From the human T2T-CHM13v2.0 reference genome, Homo sapiens: a stretch of 64,000 bases of DNA. Below are positions 48,201 through 60,900 of this stretch, one piece after another. The translations under genes and the position numbers were made by a program. Below the pieces are notes generated by a model. The model saw only the letters and a program-made list of their open reading frames with translations, was not told the origin of the DNA and searched no databases. Location: assembly GCF_009914755.1 (NCBI RefSeq), contig NC_060931.1. One strand, 5' to 3'. Positions within the stretch are counted from its first letter, which is position 1. Every line of letters starts with the position of its first letter.

Positions 48201-50230
48201 ACAATAACAGTGTTTCCAGAGAGCTGAAACAAAACAAAGGTGTCACTTTGTGATATAAATGCCCACATCACAAATCGGTTTCTCAAGTAGCTTCCTTGTA
48301 GTTTTTTTCTCTGGGATATTTGCTTTTTCACCATAGGCCTCAATGAGCTGCTGAATGTCCATTCACAGAATGGACAATAAGAGTGTTTCCAAACTGCTGA
48401 ATCCAAGAAAGGTTTAACTCTGTGAAATGAATGTACACTTCCAAAGCAGTCTCTCAGAAAGCTTCTTACTTGTTTTTATCTGAAGATATTTTCCCTTTCA
48501 CCCTAAGCTGCACTGCTCTCCCATATATCCCTTTGCAGATTCTACAAAAACAGAGTTAGCAAACTCCTGAATTAAAACATAAGTTTAACTCTACGAGATG
48601 AATGCACACATCACAAAGCAGTTTCTCAGATAGCTTCCTTCTAGTTTTTATCCTGGGATATTTGCTTTTTTGCCATTGGTCTCAATGATCTCCCAAATGT
48701 CCATTCGCAGAATGGACAAAAACAGTGTTTCCAAACTGCTGAATCATAAGACAGTTTTACCACTGTGAGATGGATGTACACATCACAAGGAGGTTACTCA
48801 GATAGCTTTCTTCTAGTTTTTTCCTGGGATATTAACTTTTTTGCCATTGGCCTCAAATTGCTCACAAATATTCATTTGCAGAATGGAGAAAAACAGCATT
48901 TCCAAACTCCTGAATCAAAAGAAACGTTTAACTCTGTGAGAAGACTGCTCACACTGAAAGCAGTTTTTCAGAAAGCTTCTTTCTAGTTTTATCTGAAGAT
49001 ATTTTCTTTTTCAATATAGACCTCAATGTGCTCTCAATATCCCTTTGCAGATCCTACAAAAACAGTTTTTCCAACCTGCTGAATGAAAAGAAACGTTTAA
49101 TTCTGAGAGATGAATACTCACATCACAAAGTGGTTACTCAGATCACTTTCTTATAGTTTTTATCCTGGGATAAAAACTATTATTTATCCTGGGATAAAAA
49201 ACTCCTTGCCATTTACCTCAAAGAGTTCTGAAATGCCAATTCACGGAATGGAAAAAAAAAAAACAGTGTTCCAAACTGCTGAATCAAAAGAAAGGTTTAA
49301 CTCTGTGACATGAAAGCACACATCACAAAGCAGTTTCTGACAAAGCTTCTTTTCACTTTTTATTAGAAAATATTTTCTTTTTCACCATAGTCTACAATGC
49401 ACTCCCAAACATCCCTTTGCTAATCCTACAAAAACAGTGTTTCCAAACTGCTGAATCAAAATAAATGTTTAACTCAGTGAGATGAAGGCACATATCAAAA
49501 AGCAATTTCTCAGATTGCTTCCTTATAGTTTTTATCCTGGAATATTTGCTTTTTCAGCCTTGGCATTAATGATCCCCCAAATGTCCATTCGTAGAATGGA
49601 CAAAAACAGAGTTTCAAAATTGCAGAATTAAAAGAAGGGATTTGTTCTGCAAAATGAAGGCACATGTCACAAAGCTTTTACTCAGATAGCTTCCTTCTTT
49701 TTTATCCTGGGATATTCACTTTTTGCATTAAACCTCAAAGTGTTCCCAAATGTCCATGTGCAGAATGGACAAACACAGTGTTTCCAGACTGCTGAATCAA
49801 AAGGAAGGTTTAACTATGTGAGATGAATGCACACATCACAAAGACATTTCTCAGATAGGTTCCCTCTAGTTTTTATCCTGGTATATTTGATTTTTTGCCA
49901 TTGGCCTCAATGAGTTGCCAAATGTCCTTTCACAGAATGAACAAAAACAGTGTTTCCAAATTGCTGAATCAAAGGAGACTTTTAAGTCTTTGAGATGAAT
50001 GCACACATCAGAAAGCAGTTTCTCAGATTCTTTGTAGTTCTTATCTGAAGATATTTTCTTTTTCACCTTATGCATAAATGTGGTCCCAAATATCCCTTTG
50101 CAGATTCTACAAAAAGAGGGTTTCCAAACTGCTGGATGAAAAGAAAGTTTAAATCTGCAAGATGAATGTGCACATCAGAAAGCAGTTTCACAGATAGCCA
50201 TTTTCTAGCTTTTATCCTGGGATATTTGTG
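42208..50230 (-). repeat. Alpha satellite, dimeric/irregular, reverse orientation
   Basis: Reverse monomers until CCTGGGATATTTGTG|GTTTCTGCGAAACTGC. Confidence 0.95.
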
Positions 50231-53200
50231 GTTTCTGCGAAACTGCTTTGTGATGTGTGCATTCATCACACAGAATTAAAACTTCCTTTTCATTCAGCAG
50301 TATGGAAACACTGCTTTTGTCCATTCTGTGAATGAACATTTGTGAGCTTATTGAGGCCAATAGTGAAAAATAGAATATCCCAGGATAAAAAGTAGAAGAA
50401 AGCCATCTAAGGAACTGCTTTGTGATGTGTGTATTCATCTGCAAAGTTTGCCTTTCTCTTCTTCCAGGAGTTTGGAAGCACTGTTTTTGCAGAATCTGCG
50501 AAGTGATATTTGAGAGCTCATTGAGGCTTAGGATGAAAATGAAATTATCTTCAGATAAAAACTGGAAAGAAGCTTTCTGAGAAACTGCTTCATGATGTGT
50601 GCATTCATCTCATAGTTAAACCTTTCTTTGGATTCACCCGATTGGAAACATTGGTTTTATCCATTCTATGAAAGGACATTTGGGAGTTCATTGAGGACAA
50701 TGGCGAAAAACTGAATATCCCAGATAAAACTAGAAAGAAGCTATCTGAGAAACTGCTTTGTAATGTGTGCATTCAAGTCACAGAGTTAAACCTTTCTTTT
50801 CATTATGCATTTTGGAAAAACTATTTTTGTAGAATCTGAGAAGGCATATTTTGGAATTCATTGAGGACTATGGTGAAAAACAAAGTATCTTCTGATAAAA
50901 AATAGAAAGAAACTTTCTGAGAAACTTCTTTGAGATGCATGCATTCATCTCACCTAGGTAAAACTTTCTTCTCATTCAGAAGATTGGAAGCACTGTTTGT
51001 ATAGAATCTGTGAGGGGATATTTGGGGCACATTGAGGTCAGTGTTTAAAAACGAAATTTCTGCAGTTAAAAACAAGAAAGAAGTTTTCTGAGAAACCGCT
51101 TTGTATTGTGTGCATTCACCTCAGAGTTCATCCTTTCTTTTGATTATGCACTTTGGAAACACTGTTTGTTTTCATGGGGAAAAAGAAAATATCTTCAGAG
51201 AAAAACTACAAAGAAGACTTCTGAGAAACTGCTTTATGTTATGTGCATATATCTTATAGAGTTAAACTTTTCTTTTGATTCATCCATTTGTAAAACCTGT
51301 GTTTGCTCATTCTGCAGATTTACATTTGGGAGCTCATTGAGGCCAATGGTGAAAATGCAAATGTTCCAGGATAAAAACAAGAAGGAAGCTATCTGAGGAA
51401 CTGCCTTGTCATACTTGCATTCATCTCGCAGAGTTAAACCATTCCTTTCATTCAGCATATTGGAAACATTGTTTTTGTAGTATCTGCAAAGAGATATTTG
51501 GGAGCACATGGATGTCTATGATGAAAAAGTAAATATATTCAGATAAAAACCAGAAAGAAGCTTTCTGGGAAACTGCTTTGTGATGTGTTCATTCATCTTG
51601 CAGAGTTAAACCATTCTTTGGATTCAGCAGTTTGTTAACACTGTTTTTGTCCATTCTGTGAATGGACATTTTGGAGCTCATTGAGGTCAATGGTGAAAAA
51701 GGAATATCCCAGCATAAAAAACTGGGAAGAAATTCTCTGAGAAACCAATTTGTGAAGTGTGCATTCATCTCACAGAGTTGAACCTTTCTTTTTCATTTAG
51801 CAGTTTTGAACACTGTTTCTGTAGAATCTGCATATAGATATTTGGCAGTGTATGGAAGGCTGTGGTGCAAAAGTAATTTTCTTCAGAGAAAAACTAGAAA
51901 GAAACTTTCTGGGAAATTGTTTTGTGATGTTTTCATTCAGCTCTCAGAGTTAAAACTTTCTGTGGATTCAGCAGAAGCACATTATCTGAGAAACTGATTT
52001 GTGATGTGTGTATTCAAGTCAACAGATTTAAATCTTTCTTTTCATTCAGCTATTTTGAAACACTGCTTTCTTAAAATCTGTGAAGAGATATTTGATAGTG
52101 CAATGAGGCCCATAGTGACAAAGGAAATATGTGCAGTAAAAAACTAGAAAGAACATTTCTGAGAGACTGCTTTGTGATGTGTGCATACTTCTCACAGAGG
52201 TAAAATTTTCTTTTCATTCAGCAGTTTGGAAAAACTGTTGTCTAAGAATCTGTGAAAAGATATTTGGTAGTGTAGTGAGGCCTATAGTGAAAAAGGAAAT
52301 ATCTTCAGATAAAAACTAGAAGAAGCTTAATGAAAAACTGCTTTTGGATATGTGCATTCATCTCACAGAATTAAACCTTTCTTCAGATTCAGCACTTCAT
52401 TAACACCATTTTTGTCTGTTCTGTGAATGGACAATTAGGAGCTCTTTGAGGCCAATGGTGAAAAAGCAAATGTCACAGGATAAACACTAGAAGGAATCTA
52501 TCTGAGAAACTGCTTTCAGATGTGTGCATCCATCTCATGGAATTTAACCTTTCTTTTCATTCAGCAGTTTGGAAAAACTGTTTTTGTAGAATCTACGTAG
52601 GGATATATGGACGTGCATGGAGGCCTATGGTGAAAAAGGAAATATCCTCAGAGAAAAACTAGAAAGAAACTTTCTGAGAAATTGCTTTGTGATGTTTTCA
52701 TTCACCTCACAGAGGTAAACCTTTCTTTGGATTCAGCAGTTTGGTAACACTCTTTTTGTCCATTCTGCAAATGGACATTTGGGAGCTCATTAAGGCCAAA
52801 GGTGAATAAGAGATTATCCCAGGATAAAAATTTGAAGGAGCTCTCATAGACACTGCTTTGTGTTATGTGCATTTATTTCACAGAGGTAAACCTTTATTTT
52901 CATTCAGCAGTTTGGAAACACTGTTTTCTTAGAATCTGAAAAGAGATATTTGGTAGCACTTTAAGGCTTAGGGTGGAAAAGGGAATAATTACAGATAAAA
53001 ATTAGAAAGAAGCTTAATGAGAAACTGCTTTGTGATGTGTGCATTCATCTCACAGAGTCCAACCTTACTTTTCTTTCAGAAGTTTGGAAACACTGTTTTT
53101 GTAGAATCTGCAAAGGGTTATTTTGCAGCACATTGAGGCCAATGTGAAAAAGGAAATATCTTCATATTAAAAACAAGAAAGAAGCCTTCTGTGAAGCTGC

Positions 53201-56114
53201 TTTGTGATACTTGTATGCAATTCACACAGGTAAACCTTCCTTTTCATTCAGTAGTTTGGAAACACTGTTTTTATAGAAGCTACAAAGGGATATTAGGGTG
53301 CACTTTGAAGCCTATGGTTAAAAGGGAAGTATCTTCAGATAAAAACTAGAAAGAAGCTTTCTGAGAAACTGGATTGTGACGTGTTCATTCACCTTACAGA
53401 GTCAAACCTTTCTTTGGATTCAGCAGTTTTCAAACACTGTTTTTGTCCATTCTGTAGTGGACATATTGGAACTCATTAAGTCCAATGGCGAGAAAGTGAA
53501 TATCCCAGGATAAAAGCTAAAATGAAGTTATCTGAGAAAGCCTTTTGTGATGTGTGCATTCAATTCGCAGAGTTAAACGTTTCTTTTCATGCAGCAGTTT
53601 GGAAACATTGTTTTTGCAGTATCTGCAATTGAATATTTGGTAGCGCATTGAGGCTTATGGTGAAAAAGTAAATATATTCAATAAAAATGAAAAAGAACCT
53701 TAATAAGAAACTGCTTTGTGATGTGTTCATTCTTCCTAACGAGTTAAAACTTTTTTTGGATTCAGCAGTATGGAAACTGTTTTTGCCCATTCTGTGAATG
53801 GACATTCGGGAGCACATAGAGGCCAATGGCAAAAAAGCAAATATACCAGGTAAAAACAGGAAGCACATTATCCGTGAAACCGAATTTTGATGTGGGCATT
53901 TATCTCAGAGACTTAAACCTTTCTTTTCATTCAGCTGTTTGCAAACACTGTTTTCTTAGAATCTGAGAAGAGATATTTGGTAGTGCAATGAGGCCCATGA
54001 TGAAAAAGTAAATATCTTCAGATAAAAACTAGAAAGAACCTTTCTGAGAGACAACTGTGGGAGTAATGCATTCATCTCACAGAATTAAAACGTTCTTTTG
54101 ACTCAGCAGTTTGGAAACACTGTTTTCTAAGAATCTGCAAAGAGATATTTGGTAGCATAGTGAAAATATCTTCAGTTAAAAACTAGAAAGAAATTTAAAG
54201 AGAAACAGCTTCAGTATGTAAGCATTCATCTCACAGAAGTAAACTGTTCTTTAGATTCAGCACTTTGGTAACACTGTTTTTGTGCATTCTGCAAATTGAT
54301 ATTTGGGAGCTCATTAAGGCCAATGGTGAAAAAGCAAATATCAGAGGACTAAAACTATAAGGAAGCTATTTGATAAACCAGTTTGTGATGTGTGCATTCA
54401 TCTCACAGAATTAAACCTTTCTGTTCATTCAGCAGTTTGGAAACACTCTTTTTGAAGAATCTCTGTAGGGATATTTTGCAGCACATGGAGACCTATGGTG
54501 AAAAAGGGATTTTCTACAGTAAAAAAAAAAAACTAGAAAGAAGCATTCTGAAAAACTCCTTTGTGATGTTTTCATTCATCTCAGAGAGATAAAGCTTTCT
54601 TTGGATTCAGCAGCTTGGAAGCACTGTTTTTGTCTATTCTGTGAATGGACATTTGGGAGCTCATTGAAGTCAATGGTGAAAATGTGAATATCACAAGATA
54701 AAAAACAGAAGCACTTTATCTGAGAAACTGATTTGTGATGTGTGCATTCATCTCACAGAGTTAAACCTTTCTTTTCATTCTGAAGTTTGGAAACACTGTT
54801 TTTTTGGAATCTGCAAATAGATATTTGGTATCACAATGAGGCCTACGGTGAAAAAGGAAATGTCTTCAAATAAAAACTAAAAAGAAGCTTTCTGAGAAAC
54901 TGCTGTGTGATGTGTTCATTAATTTCACAGAGTTAAACCTTTCTTCAGATTCAGCAGTTCAGAAACACTGTTTCTGTCCATTCTGCGATGGACATTTAGT
55001 AACTCATTAGGCCAAAGGCGAAAAAAGAGAATATCCCAGGATAAAAACCAGAAGGAAGTTATCTGAGAAACTGATTTGTGATGTGCGCATTAGTCTAGTG
55101 GAGTTAAACCTTTCTTTTCATTCAGCAGCTTGGAAATACTGTTTTCTTAGAATCTGTGAAGAGATATTTGGTAGGGAATTGAGGCCTATGGTGAAAAAGA
55201 AAATATATTCAGATAAACTCTAGAAAGAAGCTTAATGAGAAACTGCTTTGGGATGTGTGCATTCATCTCACAGAGTTAAACGTTTCTTTGGATTCAGCAA
55301 TTTTGTAACACTAGTTTCTTTCCTTTCTAGAAATGTACATTTGGGAACTCATTGAGGCCAATGGTGAAAAAGTGAATATCCCAGGATGAAAACTAGAACG
55401 AGGCCTCTGAGTAACTGCTTTGTGATGTGCACATTCATCTCGCACAGGTAAACATTCTTTTCATTCAGCAGTTTGGACACACTGTTTTTGAAGAATCTGT
55501 GAAGGAATATTGGGCAGCTCATGGAGACCTATGGTGAAAAAGGGATTTTCTACAGACAAAAACTAGAAAGAAGCGTCCTGAAAAACTGCTTTGTTATGTT
55601 TTCATTCATCTCAGAGACTTAAACCTTTCTTTGGATTCAGCAGCTTGGAAGCACAGTTTTTGTCTATTCTGCAAATGGACACTTGGGAGCTCATTGAGAT
55701 CAATGGCAAAAATGTGAATATCCCAAGATAAAAAATAGAAGCACTTTTTCTGAGAAACTGATTTGTGATGTGTGCATTCATCTCACAGAATGAAACCTTT
55801 CTTTTCATTCTGAAGTTTGGAAACACTGTTTTTTTAGAATCTGCAAATAGATATTTGGTATCACAATGAGGCCTATGGTGAAAAAGGAAATGTCTTCAAA
55901 TAAAAACTAAAAAGAAGCTTTCTGAGAAATTGCTTTGTGATGTGTTCATTCATTTCACAGAGTTAAATCTTTCTTTGAATTCAGCAGTTCAGAAACCCTG
56001 TTTTTGTCCATTCTGCAATGGCTGTTTGGTAGCTCATGGAGGCCAAAGGCAAAAAAGAGAATATCCCAGGATAAAAACTAGAAGGAAGTTATCTGAGAAA
56101 CTGATTTGTGATTT
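50231..56114 (+). repeat. Alpha satellite, dimeric, forward orientation
   Basis: Forward monomers with internal deletions at ~51175 and ~51974. Confidence 0.95.
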
Positions 56115-56241
56115 GAGATATACCTAATGCTAAATGATGAATTAATGGGTGCAGCACACCAACATAGCAAATATATACATGTGCAACAAACCTGCACATT
56201 GTGCACATGTACTCTAAAACTTAAAGTATAATAATAAAAAA
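56115..56241 (+). mobile_element. LINE-1 3' terminal stub (~127 bp), L1PA4/PA3-like
   Basis: GAGATATACCTAATGCTAAATGATGAATTAATGGGTGCAGCACACCAAC...AAAACTTAAAGTATAATAATAAAAAA. Confidence 0.93.
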
Positions 56242-56246
56242 TTTTT

Positions 56247-56914
56247 TAAAAACTAGAAAGAAGCATTCTGGGAAACTATTTTATGATGTGTGCATTCATC
56301 TCACATAGTTAAAAATTTCAGTGGATTCAGACGTTTACAGACATTGTTTTTGTCCATTCTGCAAATGGACATTTGAGGACTCAATGAGGCCAATGGAAGA
56401 AAAGTGAATATTCCACAATAAAAACTGGAAGGAAACTATCTGAGAAACCACTTTGTGATGTGTGCATTCATCTCACAGAGTTAAACATTTCTTTTCATTC
56501 AACAGTTCGGAAAAAATGTTTTCGTCAAATATGTGAAAGGATATCTGTGAGTGCATTGAGGCCTACGGTGAAAAAGGAAATATCTTCAGAAAAAAACTAG
56601 AAAGAAACTTTCTGAGGAACCTCTTTGTAATGTGTTCATTCATCTCACAGAGTTAAACCTTTCTTTGGATTCAGCAGTTTAGAAACACTGTTTTTGTCCA
56701 TTTTGCAAAGAGACATTTTGGAGCTCTTTGAGGCCAATGGCAAAAAAGTGAATATCCCAGGATAAAAACTTGAATGAAGTTAGCTGAGAAATCGAATTGA
56801 CATGTGAGCATTCATCTCACAGAGTTAAATATCTTTCTTTTCATTCAGCAGGTTAGAAACACTGTTTTCTTAGAATCTGACAAGAGATATTTCAAACAGT
56901 ATGAAGGCCAATGG
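56247..56914 (+). repeat. Alpha satellite, dimeric, forward orientation
   Basis: About four monomers between two L1 pieces. Confidence 0.93.
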
Positions 56915-57904
<990 letters not shown>

Positions 57905-60900
57905 GAAAAAAGGAACTATCTTCAGATAAAAACTAGAAAGAAACTTAATAAGAAACTGGTTTGGGATGTGTGCTTTCACCTCAGAGAGCTAAATCTGTCT
58001 TTGGATTCAACAGTTTGGAAACAAAGTTTTTGTCCATTCTGGGAATGGACATTTGGGAGCTCATTGTGGCCAATGGTGAAAAGCGAATATCCCAGGATAA
58101 AAACTAGAAGGAAGCTATCTGAGAAACCACTTTGTGATGCATGCATTCATCTCACAGAGTTAAAGCTTTCTTTTTATTCAGCAGTTTGGAAATACTGATT
58201 TCTTAGATTGTGCAAAGAGATATCTGGGGGTGCATTTAAGCCAATGGAGAAAAAGGAAATATCTTCAGATAAAAACGGGTAAGAAGCTTATTGAGAAACT
58301 ACTTTGTGATGTTTTCATTCATCTCATAGAGTTAAACTTTTCCTTGGACTCAGCAGTTTGGAAATACTGTTTTTCCATTCTGCAAATGGACATGTGGGAT
58401 CTCACTGAGGCCAATAGTGAAAAAGTGAATATCCCAGAATTAAAACTTGAAGGAAGTTATCTGATAAACTGATTCATGATGTGTGCATTTTTCTCACAGA
58501 GGTCAATCTTTCTTTTCATTCAGCCATTTAGAAACACTGTTTTTGAAGAATCTGCCAAGAGATATTTGGAAGAGTATGGAGGTTGATGGTGAAAAAGGAA
58601 ATATCTTCAGACGAAAACTGGAAGGAAGCTTAATGAGAAACTGATTTGGGATGGGTGCATTCACCTCAGACAGTGAAATCTGTCTTTATTTGAGAAACTG
58701 CTTTGTAATGTGTGCATTCATCTCACAGAGTTAAACCTTTCATTTCACTCAGCAGTTTGGAAATACTGCTTTTGTAGAAACTGTGAAAAGATATTTGACA
58801 GCACATTGAGGCCTAAATGTGAAAAAGGAATTATCTTCAGAGAAAAATAGAAATAAACTTTCTGAGAAAGTGCTTTGTGATGTGTCCATTCCTCTCACAG
58901 AATTAAACCGATCTTTTGATTCAGCAGTTTGGAAATACTGCTTTTGTCCTTTTTGTGAATGGACATTTGGGAGCTCATTGAGGACAATGGTGAAAAAGGA
59001 AACATCCCAGGATAAAAATGAGAAGTAAGTTATCTGAGAAACCAATTCATGATATGTGCATTCATATCACAGAATTAAACCTTTCTTTGCTTTCAGCAGT
59101 TTGGAAACACTGTTTGTGTCCATTCTGTGAATGGACGTTTGGGAGCTCATTTTGGCCAATTGCGTTAAAGTGAATATCCCAGGACTAAACCCAGAAGGAA
59201 GCTATCTGAGAAACCACTTTATGATGTGTGCATTCATCTCACAGAGTTAAACTTTTCTTTTCATTTGGCAGTTTGGAAACACTGATGTCTTAGAATGTGT
59301 GAAGAGATATTCGATAGTGCATTGAGGACCATGGTGAAAAAGGAAATATCCTCAGATAAAAACTAGCAAGAGGCTTTCTCAGAAGGTACTTCAGGATGAT
59401 TTCATTCAATTCACAGAGTTAAACTTTTCCTTTGATTCAGCACTTTGGAAATACTGTTTTTGTCCATTCTACAGCTGGACATTTCAGAGCTCATTGAGGT
59501 CAGTGGCAAAAAAATGAATATCCCAGGATAAAAACCTGAAGGAAGTTATCTGAGAAACTGGCTCATGATTTCATGATGTGTGCCTTCATTTCACAGAGTT
59601 AAATCTTTCTTTTCATTCTGCAGTTTAGAAACACTGTTTTCTTAGCAACTGCCAAGAGATTTTTGGAAGACATGGTAGGCCAATGGTGAAAAAGGAAATA
59701 TCTTCAGATAAAAACTAGAAGGAAGCTTCATGAGAAAATGGTTTGTGATGTGTAAATTCACATCAGAGAGTTAAATCTGTCTTTGAATTCAGCAGTTTGA
59801 AAAAACAGTTTTTGTCCATTCTTGGAATGGACATTTGGGAAGTCATTGAGGACAATGGTGAAAAAGTGAATACCCCAGGATAAAAACCTGAAGGAAGTTA
59901 TCTGAGAAACCAATTCATGAGATGTGCAATAATCTCACAGAGTGAAACCTTTCTTTTCATTCAGCAGTTTGGAAACACTGTTTCCATCCATTCTGTGAAT
60001 GGACGTTTGGGAGCTCATTGATGCCAATGTTGACAAAGCGAATATCCCAGGATTAAAACTAGAAGGAAGTTATCTGAGAAACTGCTTTGTGAATTGTGCA
60101 TTCATCTAGCAGAGTTAAACCTTTCTTATCATTCAGTAGTTTGGAAACACTGTTTTTTTAGAAACTGTGAAAACATATTTGGCTATGCATTGATACTTAT
60201 TGTGAGAAAGGAATTATCTTCAGAGAAAAAATAGAAGGAAGCTTTCTGAGAAACTGCTTTGTGTGTGTTCATTCACCTCACAGAGTTAAACCTTCCTTTG
60301 GATTCAGCAGTTTGGAAACACAGTTTTTGTCCATTTTGAGAGTGGAAATTTGGGGGTTCATTGAGGCCAATAGTGAAAAAGCCAATATCCCAGGATAAAA
60401 AGTAGAAGGAAGTTATCTGAGAAATTGATTTTTGATGTGTACATTCAACTCATGGAGTTAAATTTTTCTTTTCATTCAGCAGTGTGGTAGCATTGTTTTC
60501 TTAGAGCCTGTGGATTGATATTTGGTAAAGCATTGAGGCCTACAGTGAAAAAGGAAATATCATCAGAAAAAACTTGAAAGAAGCTTAATGAGAAACTGGT
60601 TTGGGTTGTGTGCATTCATCTTCCAGGGTTAAACCTTTCTTTGGATTCAGCAGTTTGGTAACACTGTTTTTGTCCATTCGGTGAATGGACGTTTTGATGC
60701 TCATTGAGCCCAATGGTGAAAAAGTGAATATCCCAGGATTAAAACTAGAAGGATGTTATCTGAGAAACTTCTGTTTGATATGTACATTCATCTAGCAGAG
60801 TTAAACCTTTCTTTTCATCCAGCAGTTTGGAAAGACTGTTTTTGTAAGAACTCTGAGAGAATATTTGGCAGCACATTGATGCCTATGGTGAAAAATGAAA

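Noticed and set aside
56115-56241. L1 stub as the reciprocal partner of the TSD-less full-length L1
   Set aside because: It has the same orientation, and its 3' flank is AAAAACTAG rather than the expected AAAAGTAAGGTTTA.
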